From assembly GCA_046290225.1 (NCBI GenBank), contig JBKAGE010000034.1, positions 192,001 to 256,000 of the forward strand: a stretch of DNA of 64,000 bases. Reading direction: 5' to 3'. The stretch is from Bradymonadia bacterium. Lineage in GTDB: Bacteria > Myxococcota_A > Bradymonadia > UBA7976 > UBA1532. Within the stretch, counting starts at the first letter, position 1, and each line of letters opens with the position of its first letter. Below, piece by piece: positions 9,795 through 19,392 of the stretch. Both the position numbers and the translations under genes were made by a program. The notes below the pieces were generated by a model. The model was not told where the DNA came from. It did no database searches and was given only the letters and a program-made list of their open reading frames with translations.

Positions 9795-10202
9795 GAGCGG
9801 ACGGCCGCCCTTCGGGCCGCCTGTAGCGGACGACCCAGCAAAAGCTTTCGCTTCGCTGCGTCTGTAGCGGACGCCTGCTGCGGCTTCGCCTTGCAAAGCT
9901 GTAGCGGACGCCGAGTCTGCCTCCGGCAGCCTGAGCTGTAGCTTTCTAAGAGAGTTGGGTGGGAGTTTTGGGCTTCTCAACCCAGGTAGGGGCTTACGCC
10001 GGAGCTGGTCCGCCAGGAGACAATGGCATTCGCGGTAGACGAGCCAACGCCCCCCAACTGATCTTCAAATAGCTACAGGGAATTTGCCGTAGGCAAATGA
10101 GCGTCCGCTACAGCTCTCGCCAAAGGCGAGGCGTCCGCTACAGGCGCAGCGCAGCTGGGCCGTCCGCTACAGGCGGTGCCAAAGGCACGGCCGTCCGCTC
10201 AA
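9791..10202. repeat. Large branched inverted repeat built from REP-like CTGTAGCGGACG units
   Basis: CTGTAGCGGACG at 9821, 9862, 9899 (partial CTGTAGCT at 9936); reverse complement at 10102, 10132, 10161 (AGCTACAG at 10071); outer GAGCGGACGGCC/GGCCGTCCGCTC pair; short hairpins between units. Confidence 0.9.
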
Positions 10203-11341
10203 GCAGCCTCGAGCAGCGCAGCGGCGCCCATGCCGCCACCGATGCACATCGACACCACAGCGAACCGGCCGCCGCGACGACGCAGCTCGTAGAGCGCGGT
10301 GAGAGCCAGGCGGGTACCCGACACGCCGAGGGGGTGACCCAGGGCGATGGCGCCGCCGTTCACGTTGAGCTTCTCGTCGGGTACACCGAGCTGCGTGGCG
10401 CAGTACACCGACTGGCTGGCGAAGGCCTCGTTGATCTCGAAGAGATCGATGTCGCCCACGGTCTTGCCGGTCTTGGCGAGCAGCTTCTCGATGGCGGGGT
10501 AAGGACCGATGCCCATGATGGCGGGATCCACACCCACCACCACGAAGCGACGGAAGTAGCCGAGGATCGGGCGATCACCGGCGGACTCCTTGGTGCCCAC
10601 CACGACAGCGGCGGCGCCGTCGGTGAGGGGGCTGGCGTTGCCTGCGGTGACCGAGCCCTTGGGATCGAAGGCCGGGCGCAGCTTGCCGAGGCCCTCGAGG
10701 GTGGTGCCGGGGCGGATCAGTTCGTCGTGCTCCACAGTGACAGCGTGGCCGTCCACAGCGGTGTTCACGGCGACGATCTCCTCAGCGAGGCGGCCGGCCT
10801 CACGGGCAGCGACGGCCTTCTGCTGGCTCGACAGGGCGAAGGCGTCCTGGGCTGCGCGGCTGATCTCGAAGCGCCTGGCGACGTTCTCAGCGGTGGTGCC
10901 CATGGCGATGTAGGCCTCGGGGTACTCGAGGGCCAGCTTGGGGTGCAGCTGAGGGTGAAAGCCACCCATGGGCACCGAGGTCATCGACTCCACACCACCG
11001 GCGATGGCGAGATCGGTCTCGCCGATGGCCACGCGGCTGGCCACGTTGGCGATGGTCTGCAGGCCGGAAGCGCAGAAGCGGTTCACGGTGTAGGCGGGCA
11101 CCTCGTCGGGCAGGCCGGCGAGGAAGCCGATGTTCCGGGCCACGTTGAGGCCCTGGGAGCCTTCGGGCATGGCACAGCCAAGGGCCATGTCCTCGATGGC
11201 GGCGGGGTCCACCCCTGCCCGCTCGATGGCGGCCTTCACCGCGATGGCACCGAGATCCTCAGGACGGGTCTGGCGCAGGTTGCCCTTGTGGGCGCGGCCG
11301 AAGGGGGTACGGGCCCCCCCGATGATGGCGACGTCACGCAT
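10199..11341 (-). CDS. fadA: Acetyl-CoA C-acyltransferase (thiolase)
   Basis: NRFCASG, GGVESM, NEAFA, GAIALGHPLG, CIGGG motifs. Confidence 0.95.
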   Translation of the reverse strand: MRDVAIIGGARTPFGRAHKGNLRQTRPEDLGAIAVKAAIERAGVDPAAIEDMALGCAMPEGSQGLNVARNIGFLAGLPDEVPAYTVNRFCASGLQTIANVASRVAIGETDLAIAGGVESMTSVPMGGFHPQLHPKLALEYPEAYIAMGTTAENVARRFEISRAAQDAFALSSQQKAVAAREAGRLAEEIVAVNTAVDGHAVTVEHDELIRPGTTLEGLGKLRPAFDPKGSVTAGNASPLTDGAAAVVVGTKESAGDRPILGYFRRFVVVGVDPAIMGIGPYPAIEKLLAKTGKTVGDIDLFEINEAFASQSVYCATQLGVPDEKLNVNGGAIALGHPLGVSGTRLALTALYELRRRGGRFAVVSMCIGGGMGAAALLEAA

Positions 11342-11365
11342 TGTCGTTCCTCCGTATCTCTGGGA

Positions 11366-13777
11366 TCAGTTCCGCAGGGGCTTGTTGTTCATGAGCATGT
11401 GCTGGATCCGGGCCTGGGTCTTCTCCTCGCCACACAGCGAGAGGAAGGCCTCGACCTCGAGGTCCTGCATCTGCTGCTCGGTGACCCGGGTGCCAGCGAC
11501 GACGTCGCCGCCGGTGAGGATGTAGGCCAGCTTGGTGAGCACCTTGAGATCGTGCTCCGAAGCGAAGTTGGACTGGTTCATCCCCCACAGGGCGGAGTAC
11601 AGGGTAGCGTAGCCCGTGCGGCCGGCCACCTTGAGGGACCGGGGCTTCGGGGCCTTGAAGTCCGAACGGGCCATGCCCAGGGCGCGCTGCTTGGCGCCCT
11701 CGAGCAGCTCGTCGCGATCCATGGTCACCCGGTCGTCGTTGCGCAGGAAGCCCAGCTTGCGGGCTTCTTCGGCGCTGGTGCTGAACTTGGCCATGCCGAT
11801 GGTGAGGGCGGCCTCCCGGACGAAGGTCACGGGATCAGCATCCTTCGGGGCGTTCTCGGAGATGTTGTGCAGCAGCGCGAAGCAGCCACCACCGCCGGGG
11901 ATGAGGCCCACGCCCACCTCTACGAGGCCCATGAAGAGCTCCGGGTGAGCCTGGATGGCGTTGGCGCCGAAGCACACCTCAGCGCCGCCGCCGAAGGTGT
12001 AATCGTAAGGCGCGGCCACGACGGGGATGCTGCTGTGACGCAGCTTGTTGTTGGCGCTCTGGAACCCGCGGATCATCTTCTCGATGTCGTCCCAGGCCTG
12101 CTGTCCGATGCCCATCATCACGCTGAGCAGATCGGCGCCGGCGCTGAAGCAGCCCTGGCCGAACTGACCCTCGCCGGGGTTGCCGTGGTTCCCGACGATC
12201 AGCGCGTCGAACTTCTCCTCGGCGATCTCCACGGCCTCGTGCATCATCTCGATGATATCGGCGCTCACCGAGTTCATCTTGGTGCGGAACTCGAGGCAGG
12301 CCACGCCGTCGCCGATGTCCCAGAGCCGGGCGCCGTGGTTCTTCGCCACGAGGCTGGGATCAGTGATGCTGCTGGGGAGCCGTAACATACGGGGGCTCAC
12401 CTGCTCCGTGGCGGAGCTGTTGTTCTTGGCGTCCCAGAAGTTCCGCTCGCCGAGGGGGCCCTCGTAGAACGAGGTCCGCTTGTTGCCGAGCATCTCCTTC
12501 ACCCAGCCGGGTACGGTGTAGCCGTCGGCCTCCATGCGATCGACCGTCTCCTGCACGCCGAGGGCGTCCCAGGTCTCGAAGGGACCGAGATCGTGACCGA
12601 AGCCCCACTTCAGGCCGTTGTCGATCTGCACCAGATCGTCAGAGACCTCGCCGAGGCGGTTGGCGGCGTAGATGAGGGTCTGGGCCACGCAATCCCAGGC
12701 GAACTTCGCGGCGTCGTCGTCACCGGCGAGGAGCGCCTTGATGCGCTCGCCGGACTCTTCCTTGCCCTTGGCCGCCTTGATCGAGTCGGCGCGGATCTTG
12801 AGCTTCTCGCGGTACTCGAGGGTGTAGGGGTCGAAGGTGTAGGTCACCTTGGTGGCCCGATCCCGCTTGTAGAAGCCCTGCTTGCTCTTGGCGCCGAGCC
12901 AGCCCTTGTCGAGCAGGGTCTGGAGCACGTTGGGCACCTTGAAGTAATCCCGCATGGGGTCTTCGGGCAGGTTGTTGTAGAGATCGGTGGTGACGAAGGA
13001 CAACGTGTCGAGGCCCACCACGTCGCCGGTGCGGAACAGCGCCGACTTGGGGCGGCCGGCGGCCTTGCCGAAGATGGCGTCCACGAACTCCGGGGACTGC
13101 TCCGCCTCGATCATCTTGTGCATGGTGTACATCATGCTGAAGGTGCCGATGCGGTTGGCGATGAAGGCCGGCGAGTCCTTGGCGATGACCACGCCCTTGC
13201 CCAGGGTCTGCCGGGCGAAGACGGTGAAGCGGGGCTTCAGGGTCGGATCAGTCTCCGGACCATCCACGACCTCAAGCAGGCGCATGTAGCGCACCGGGTT
13301 GAAGAAGTGGGTGATGATGAAGTTCTGCTTGAAGTTGTCAGAGCGGCCTTCGATCAGCTGCGCCAGGGGCAGGCCCGAGGTGTTGGAGCTGATGAGGGTG
13401 CCGGGGCTCACGATGGCGTCGAGCTTCTCGAAGAGGGCGTGCTTGATGGCCAGGTCTTCCTTGACCACCTCCACCACCCAATCCACCTCGGCGACTTTGT
13501 GGAGATCGTCGTCGAAGTTGCCCACAGTGATCATGTCGGCGTCGGCCTTGTTGTAGAACAAGGCAGGCTTGTTCTTGAGCGCCGCCTGGAGGCCCCCCGC
13601 TGCGAACTTGTTCCGCACTGCTTTGTCATCGCTCTTTTCCTCGCCAGGAGGCACGATGTCGAGCATAAGAACTTCGATGCCGCAGCCGGCGAGGTGCGCG
13701 GCGATGCCACGGCCCATCACACCGGCGCCCAGCACCGCGGCGCTGCGGATTTTGAGGCCCTTGTTCACGGCGTTCAT
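11366..13777 (-). CDS. fadN: 3-hydroxyacyl-CoA dehydrogenase/enoyl-CoA hydratase, FadN type (dehydrogenase first)
   Basis: GAGVMG Rossmann motif, SNTSG, HFFNPVRYM, C-terminal crotonase FSAGADL...GGGAE...GLVEVGVGLIP; start ATG 13777 after AAAGGG. Confidence 0.9.
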   Translation of the reverse strand: MNAVNKGLKIRSAAVLGAGVMGRGIAAHLAGCGIEVLMLDIVPPGEEKSDDKAVRNKFAAGGLQAALKNKPALFYNKADADMITVGNFDDDLHKVAEVDWVVEVVKEDLAIKHALFEKLDAIVSPGTLISSNTSGLPLAQLIEGRSDNFKQNFIITHFFNPVRYMRLLEVVDGPETDPTLKPRFTVFARQTLGKGVVIAKDSPAFIANRIGTFSMMYTMHKMIEAEQSPEFVDAIFGKAAGRPKSALFRTGDVVGLDTLSFVTTDLYNNLPEDPMRDYFKVPNVLQTLLDKGWLGAKSKQGFYKRDRATKVTYTFDPYTLEYREKLKIRADSIKAAKGKEESGERIKALLAGDDDAAKFAWDCVAQTLIYAANRLGEVSDDLVQIDNGLKWGFGHDLGPFETWDALGVQETVDRMEADGYTVPGWVKEMLGNKRTSFYEGPLGERNFWDAKNNSSATEQVSPRMLRLPSSITDPSLVAKNHGARLWDIGDGVACLEFRTKMNSVSADIIEMMHEAVEIAEEKFDALIVGNHGNPGEGQFGQGCFSAGADLLSVMMGIGQQAWDDIEKMIRGFQSANNKLRHSSIPVVAAPYDYTFGGGAEVCFGANAIQAHPELFMGLVEVGVGLIPGGGGCFALLHNISENAPKDADPVTFVREAALTIGMAKFSTSAEEARKLGFLRNDDRVTMDRDELLEGAKQRALGMARSDFKAPKPRSLKVAGRTGYATLYSALWGMNQSNFASEHDLKVLTKLAYILTGGDVVAGTRVTEQQMQDLEVEAFLSLCGEEKTQARIQHMLMNNKPLRN

Positions 13778-13822
13778 GAACAACCCTTTCGTCAAGCATC
13801 TGGACCCGTTGAAAATTCGGGT

Positions 13823-13840
13823 CTGTGAGTGAGTTCACAG
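13823..13840. promoter_or_regulatory. Palindromic operator matching the CRP/FNR-type TGTGA-N6-TCACA consensus, upstream of the fad operon
   Basis: CTGTGAgtgagtTCACAG, ~45-60 bp upstream of the fadN start in the divergent intergenic region. Confidence 0.55.
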
Positions 13841-13968
13841 TGTAAAGAACTGAGGAGGTCTGCATGTCTACCCGACCGTCACCGGCAGCGCAATCGCCGC
13901 AACGCCTCGAAGCTGTGGTGCGATTGACCGGCGACACCAGGGGCACCTCTCGCCCTGGCGGAGGAGTG

Positions 13969-15642
13969 ATGCACGGGGCTCTGAGCAGGATGCAGGGCGT
14001 CGCGCTCGGCACCACACTCAGGCTGGGCGTCGCCGCCCTGCTCGGCGGGCTCCTCTGCGGGTGTGGTGGCGGCGTCAAGCGCCCTACACCCGAGACGACG
14101 AACCAGAGCGACGGCGCGCCGACGAAGGCAAAGATTAAGCTGCCTGGTGCGGGTGAATTCTTCACTGCAGGGCGCACGACCTACTCGGGGGCCGACGCCC
14201 TAGGTGAGCTCGCCGCCGAGCAATCGGTGGTCAACGCCCTGGGCCAGACCCTGAGGCCACCGCCGGCGCTGAGCTGCGCCGCCCGTGAGTACGCCGCCCG
14301 CTTCGCCGCCGATCAACGCCCGCCGAGATCTGCAGTGGTCAAAGCCCTCTCGGCCCACTGCGGCCTCTGGGCGAACCCGGCGTTCAGCCACGCCGTCACG
14401 GGGCAGGATGCCACGCTCGTGGTGGACCACCTGAAGAAGGTCATCGAAGCCAAATCGCTGCAAGGGGTCGGCGTCGGGGTCGTGGACGGTCCAGCAGAAG
14501 GGCAGGTCACCGCGGCGATCCTGGCGCTGCCGGGCGATCTGCGCATCGAGCAGGTGCCGCGGCAGATCAACGTGGGCCAGCAGATCGAGGTGAAGGGGCG
14601 GCTGTTCCGGGGTGCGGGGCCGCTCCTGGCGCTGGCAGGGCCCATGGAGGGTGGCGCAGGCGCCATCACGGAGATCCCCGTCACGGTGAGCAATGATGGT
14701 GCATTCGAGCTGTCCTGGAAGATCCCGGAAGGCGCCTTCGCCAAACAGCCCTATGTGGACGTCGAGCTGCTCCGCCAGCAGGGTAAGTTCCTCAACCCCG
14801 TAGGCATCTTGAGGCTCAGGGCGCAACCTGAGGCTGGCTACTCAGCAGAGGTCAACGCCAGCGCGGAAGGCGCCGTCGACCCCGGCAAGTTCAGGGCGCA
14901 GTTCATCGAAGCTCTCAACACCCGCCGACGCTCGAAGGGGCTCGGGCCCCTCGCCGACGAAGGGCACCTCGCCCCGCTGCTCGATGACTGGCTTGCTCGT
15001 CTCGGTGCGGGTCAGGACACGCTCGATCCGCCCCAGGTGACCGACAACACGGGGCAGCCATTCTCCAAGGTGCAGTTCACCTTCGCCTCGGGAGGCACGG
15101 GGGCAGAGGCGTTGTCACTGCTGATCGATCGACCTCATGGTCAGCGGGCGCTCCTCGGCGCAGGCGATCATGCCCTCGCCGTGGGTGTACGTCCGTACCC
15201 TGGCGGTGGTGGTGCGGATGCCGTCGTACTCACGCTCACCCGGTTCACCGCCGAGGGTATCCCCGCCGCCCGCGGCAAGCTCATGGAGCGTCTCAACGCC
15301 GATCGAGTCGCTCGGGGTGTGAAGGCGCTCACGGCGAACCAGGGGCTGCAGGATGCAGCGCAGTCCATCGCAGAGGGTGTGCTCTCCGGCCAGGTGAAGT
15401 GGCCCACCGTCATCGACGTGGTCATGCAGAAAGCGGGTCCTGCGGGGGCCTCCGGGGCTGTAGGCGCCGGCGCCTTCACGCTCGATAACTCCGCCGCAGG
15501 TCACTTCCTGCAGGAGCCCAACGCCATGGCGCCTCAGGTGGCCCACGTCGGCATCGGGGTCGCCTCGGGCCCCTTGCCCGGCGGCGGCCCGCCCAAGCTC
15601 GTGGTGATCTACATCGTGAGCGAGGCCATCGCCGAGCGTTGA
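13969..15642 (+). CDS. Lipoprotein with degenerate CAP/SCP-like domains
   Basis: Lipobox LCGC; LNTRRRSKGLGPL and LNADRVARGVKAL...HVGIGV CAP-like motifs; start uncertain (13969 or 13990). Confidence 0.7.
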   Translation: MHGALSRMQGVALGTTLRLGVAALLGGLLCGCGGGVKRPTPETTNQSDGAPTKAKIKLPGAGEFFTAGRTTYSGADALGELAAEQSVVNALGQTLRPPPALSCAAREYAARFAADQRPPRSAVVKALSAHCGLWANPAFSHAVTGQDATLVVDHLKKVIEAKSLQGVGVGVVDGPAEGQVTAAILALPGDLRIEQVPRQINVGQQIEVKGRLFRGAGPLLALAGPMEGGAGAITEIPVTVSNDGAFELSWKIPEGAFAKQPYVDVELLRQQGKFLNPVGILRLRAQPEAGYSAEVNASAEGAVDPGKFRAQFIEALNTRRRSKGLGPLADEGHLAPLLDDWLARLGAGQDTLDPPQVTDNTGQPFSKVQFTFASGGTGAEALSLLIDRPHGQRALLGAGDHALAVGVRPYPGGGGADAVVLTLTRFTAEGIPAARGKLMERLNADRVARGVKALTANQGLQDAAQSIAEGVLSGQVKWPTVIDVVMQKAGPAGASGAVGAGAFTLDNSAAGHFLQEPNAMAPQVAHVGIGVASGPLPGGGPPKLVVIYIVSEAIAER

Positions 15643-15684
15643 GCCTTGGGACAGCGCCTCGGCTCCTTCTAGGCCAGCACGCGC

Positions 15685-15713
15685 TTGACAAATCGAGTCC
15701 CCACCCGTACCTT
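15685..15713 (+). promoter_or_regulatory. Sigma70-type promoter
   Basis: TTGACA (15685-90), 17-bp spacer, TACCTT (15708-13). Confidence 0.65.
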
Positions 15714-16063
15714 TCGCCCCGCATGCTGCGCATGTCAGGCATAAACGCCTGAAATAACAAGCCGTTCGACATGAACGACAGCAAAAGAGCAATGGACAAA
15801 AGCGACAGTCCCAGACCCTGCGGCCTGCGAGGTGAAGCCTCCAGGCCAGTGCAGGGCAACACAGTGAGCGTTCACGCCGTCGCCCATCGCTGACCCCTAC
15901 CGGTCAGCGATGACCGGACTCAGGGCTAATCCCCCCGATATCCACCTGACGGCGTGTTCGATGCAGAGATTGCAAACGGACACCTGCGCAGACCACGTCT
16001 GCGTTCAACGGCTACGACGGCGAGACGCCGCGAAGCAGCTGATTTCAGGAAAGGGGGATCACC

Positions 16064-16258
16064 ATGATGATGTCCACCGAGTTCAACGGCCGCAGCACCC
16101 ACGACGCCAAGCGCCGGGCCCTCAACTACTGGTACATGAACCGCGACGGCCTCGGGCTGAGCCTGTCTCAGTTCTTCAGCCGCTGCCGGGTGCGCACCGC
16201 CCGTGGTCTCACCACCATCACCTATTACCCGGAAGACCAGGCCCAGTTCCGCCATTGA
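16064..16258 (+). CDS. Small hypothetical protein (64 aa)
   Basis: RBS AGGGGGA just upstream; strongly C/G-ending codons. Confidence 0.75.
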   Translation: MMMSTEFNGRSTHDAKRRALNYWYMNRDGLGLSLSQFFSRCRVRTARGLTTITYYPEDQAQFRH

Positions 16259-16399
16259 GCCTCCGGTGATGCCGCGGCCACGCCCGTGGCCGTTCCTCCT
16301 CGATCAATTGCCGCAGAGCTGTTAGCATCCCGGCCCCTTGAGCAGTGGCGACTCGTGCGCGCTGTTTCACGGTGCGCTGACCCCACAGGCGAGATCTAC

Positions 16400-17053
16400 G
16401 TGCCCTTGCGATCCTTCATCGCTGTACCGCGTCCCCTGCCCCTCTGGGCGATGTTGACGATTTGTCTGATGGGGTGGACTCAAGAGGCCACTGCGGTGAC
16501 CTACCTCGACCATGGCGACGCAGTACCGCTCAAGAGCGGACGTCGCGTGCTCGGTGTGCAGGGCGTCTTCGGTGACGAGATCCGCACCGTGGGTGCTGGA
16601 CTGCGTTTCGGCCTCGCAGGGCCCATTGACCTCACCGCCCGGGCAGGGCTCACCGAGATCGCCGACCGTGTGGGCTTCGAGGCCGAGGTGGCCCCCAGGA
16701 TGGCCCTCTTCGGCACCCGCCAGACCGCGGGCATCGCCGACATTGCCCTCGTCGGCTATGGCTCGGTGCTGCGGACCGGCGAAGTGCTCGCCCTCGGCGC
16801 CGACGCCGGGGCCATCGCCTCTCGTCGATTCAAGTTGTCCAGCCGGCTGACGCTCTTCGTCGCTGGCACCCTGGGTCTCGCCACCACGTACACCGACGTC
16901 AATGGCGGCGGGGGTGACACGGACTACGACACGGGCCTGCTCGCAGCAGGGGCCGTGGGCGTCGACGTGGCTCGGGGCATTTCCGTGATTCTAGAAGGCA
17001 GGCGCCGGGACGACTTCGAGCGTCTGGGCCTCGCCGTGACATTCGAGCTCTGA
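16400..17053 (+). CDS. Exported protein, probable small outer-membrane beta-barrel
   Basis: Signal-like segment ending ATA; alternating amphipathic strands; C-terminus LGLAVTFEL; start uncertain (16400 or 16451). Confidence 0.6.
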   Translation: MPLRSFIAVPRPLPLWAMLTICLMGWTQEATAVTYLDHGDAVPLKSGRRVLGVQGVFGDEIRTVGAGLRFGLAGPIDLTARAGLTEIADRVGFEAEVAPRMALFGTRQTAGIADIALVGYGSVLRTGEVLALGADAGAIASRRFKLSSRLTLFVAGTLGLATTYTDVNGGGGDTDYDTGLLAAGAVGVDVARGISVILEGRRRDDFERLGLAVTFEL

Positions 17054-17067
17054 GGAGACTGACTGAT

Positions 17068-17769
17068 ATGCAATTGGGTCGAAACGATCCGTGCTGGTGT
17101 GGCAGCGGCAAGAAGTACAAGGTGTGTCACCTGCGCAGCGACGAAGAGCGCATGCGGGCCGAGCGCAACCTCAAGACCGTCTCCGACTGGGTGACCTATC
17201 ACCGTGAGGCCATGGAAAAGGACGCTCTGGGCTTGTCCCCGGAGCCCGACGCCTTCGCCGCCCTATCCGAGCTCGAGCTTGGCGACGATCCCCTAGCCCA
17301 CGACGACGCTCGCCAGTGGGCCCTCTATGATCAGTACGGCACCGGCGCCGCCCTCTTGGGCCGCCTGCCCACCGAGCCCAAGGATCCCATCAGCGCCCGT
17401 CGGAGCCAGCTGCGCACCCTGCTGCTGAGCACCTTCCCCAGCCTGCACGAGGTCATCGAGTGCAAGCGCGGCCGGGGCCTGCGGTTCCGGGATCGGCTCA
17501 CGGGCCTGGAGCGTTTCGTACGCGATGAGGCCCTCTCCGAGCAGCTCGATCCCATGGAGGTCATCTATGGCCGCATCATCGTCTTCGAGAAGACCGGCAT
17601 GATCCTGCCGAACTGGCGCAAGGTGCCCTTCCGCAAGCGCAAGGCCATGATCGCCGGGCTGCTCGAGCAGATGCAGAAGGCTGATCTGCCCCAGGATGCC
17701 GCCACCCGTGCTCGATGGCTCAAAGCCAACCCCACGGCCCTCCTCGGCGCTCTGGCTGCAGCCCAATGA
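17068..17769 (+). CDS. SEC-C motif protein
   Basis: GRNDPCWCGSGKKYKVCH; GAGGAG RBS. Confidence 0.88.
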   Translation: MQLGRNDPCWCGSGKKYKVCHLRSDEERMRAERNLKTVSDWVTYHREAMEKDALGLSPEPDAFAALSELELGDDPLAHDDARQWALYDQYGTGAALLGRLPTEPKDPISARRSQLRTLLLSTFPSLHEVIECKRGRGLRFRDRLTGLERFVRDEALSEQLDPMEVIYGRIIVFEKTGMILPNWRKVPFRKRKAMIAGLLEQMQKADLPQDAATRARWLKANPTALLGALAAAQ

Positions 17770-19376
17770 GCACCGACGACGGGCAGAGCAAAGATCTGTC
17801 GCCAGAGGCTCTGGCCCAGTGGCAGGCGGAGATCGGCGGCCTCACCACCGGTGGTCGGCTGCTCGACGCGTTGATCAGCCCCAAGGACGCCGAACGCCGA
17901 ATCCAGAGCCTGCCCACGGAAGATCTGCACCGGGCCGTCAAGGTCATCGGCCTGGCCGACGCGGGGCCGATCCTGGCCCTCGCCAGCGGACAGCAGGTGC
18001 AGGGCATGCTCGACGGCGAGATCTGGGTCAAAGACGCCTTGTCCCTCGAGCGGATGGATCCCTGGCTCGGGGCCCTCATGCACGCGGGCCCCGAGGCCCT
18101 CACGCGTCACCTGCTCGCTCAGGACGATCCGATCATCAACTGGGTGGTGCGTCGATCGGTCCGGGTCATCGCCATCGAAGATCCCGACAGCTTCGATCCC
18201 CCCGACACCGAGCACGTGGTCACCCCTGACAATCGCATGTGCGTGGTGTTCCCCGATCCCGATCCTCGGGATCTGCCCATGAAGGTGTTCCTCGATGTGC
18301 TCATGCGCACCGAGCCGGAGTACTGCTACAACCTGCTGGTCTTCTCCTCTGCGGCCCTCGATTCGGTGCTGCAAGAAGAGGCTTACCGGTGGCGCAGCGG
18401 TCGCATGGCCGATCGGGGCTATGTCGACTACTACGACGCTTTGCGGGTGTACACCGCCCCCCGGCCCGACGAGCTCACCGCCGCTCAGCAGGCCCTGCCC
18501 AAGGTCGACGGCCCGGTGGGGTATTGGATGCGCCCGGTGGTGGCTCCGGACGAGCGCCTCGCTCAGGCCATCGCCACCCTCGACCAGGGGCAACAGGACC
18601 TCTTTCACCAGGGCCTCGCCTATGTGCTGAACATGGCGCTCTCTGCTGATCGCATCGAGGCATGGGATACCGAAGCAGCGGAGCCGGTCTTCCAGCGGGT
18701 CCGTGCCGGCCTCGCCCTCGGCCTCGACGCTCTCTCTGCCGGTGACGTCGACGCCCGGGCCGATGGCATTCGCCTCGCCGAGCACACGCCTTCGTTCATC
18801 TTCCGCACAGGCTATGGGCGGATGCAGGCCGCCGCCCGCCCGCTCACACGGATCGTGAGCACAGGCAAGCTCAGGGCTGAGGGCGGACCCGCAGATCGGG
18901 TGGACATCGAGCCCATGCGCACGTGGGCCCTGGCCCTCGGCGACCGGCACCCTCAGAAGCCCGACGGGCGGCCGCTGAGCTCTTCCACAGATCTGAGCGA
19001 AGCCCACCAGATGGCTCGGAACATCGCCGCGCTGTCCACTGCGGTCTTCTCTGGCGATCTCGCCAAAACCGTCGAGACACAGCCGGGCATCGGCGCCCTG
19101 GCCTTCACGGAGATCACAGCCCGGGTGTTGGGCCTCGATCCCACACAGCCACTCCCTGCAAGTGCCCTTGAGAAAGCCCATCGGGCCATGTTCTCCGAGG
19201 GCGCCCTCACCGAGGCCGCCCGCGCCGCAGCCATCACCTGGTGGCACGATCGGGCTCCTGAGGGGCCCATTGTGGCGCTGGACATGATGCTGCAAGCGGC
19301 GACCGAGGCTCTGGCCCAGGTTGACGTCGATGCACTCGAAGCCCGGTTCGTGCATCTCTGGATCATCAGCGCATAG
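17766..19376 (+). CDS. DUF6178-like deltaproteobacterial conserved protein
   Basis: ATGA-coupled start at 17766; EEAYRWRSGRMADRGYVDYYDALRVY; FRTGY. Confidence 0.7.
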   Translation: MSTDDGQSKDLSPEALAQWQAEIGGLTTGGRLLDALISPKDAERRIQSLPTEDLHRAVKVIGLADAGPILALASGQQVQGMLDGEIWVKDALSLERMDPWLGALMHAGPEALTRHLLAQDDPIINWVVRRSVRVIAIEDPDSFDPPDTEHVVTPDNRMCVVFPDPDPRDLPMKVFLDVLMRTEPEYCYNLLVFSSAALDSVLQEEAYRWRSGRMADRGYVDYYDALRVYTAPRPDELTAAQQALPKVDGPVGYWMRPVVAPDERLAQAIATLDQGQQDLFHQGLAYVLNMALSADRIEAWDTEAAEPVFQRVRAGLALGLDALSAGDVDARADGIRLAEHTPSFIFRTGYGRMQAAARPLTRIVSTGKLRAEGGPADRVDIEPMRTWALALGDRHPQKPDGRPLSSSTDLSEAHQMARNIAALSTAVFSGDLAKTVETQPGIGALAFTEITARVLGLDPTQPLPASALEKAHRAMFSEGALTEAARAAAITWWHDRAPEGPIVALDMMLQAATEALAQVDVDALEARFVHLWIISA

Positions 19377-19392
19377 AGCCCGGAGACCCCCC

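Noticed and set aside
9821..9943. Direct repeats with variable spacers resembling a mini-CRISPR
   Set aside because: Repeats are only 12 bp, spacers are hairpins of uneven length, the array is mirrored on the other arm, and no cas genes are present.
10097..13828. Long + strand ORFs opposite fadA/fadN (similar ones lie opposite rluD, eno, the protease, the giant gene and the cyclase)
   Set aside because: Antisense shadow ORFs expected from strong GC3 bias; no motifs, and they overlap clearly identifiable genes.
15720..16060. tmRNA, RNase P RNA, SRP RNA or c-di-GMP riboswitch
   Set aside because: Hallmark motifs not found by eye; kept only as an unclassified candidate leader.
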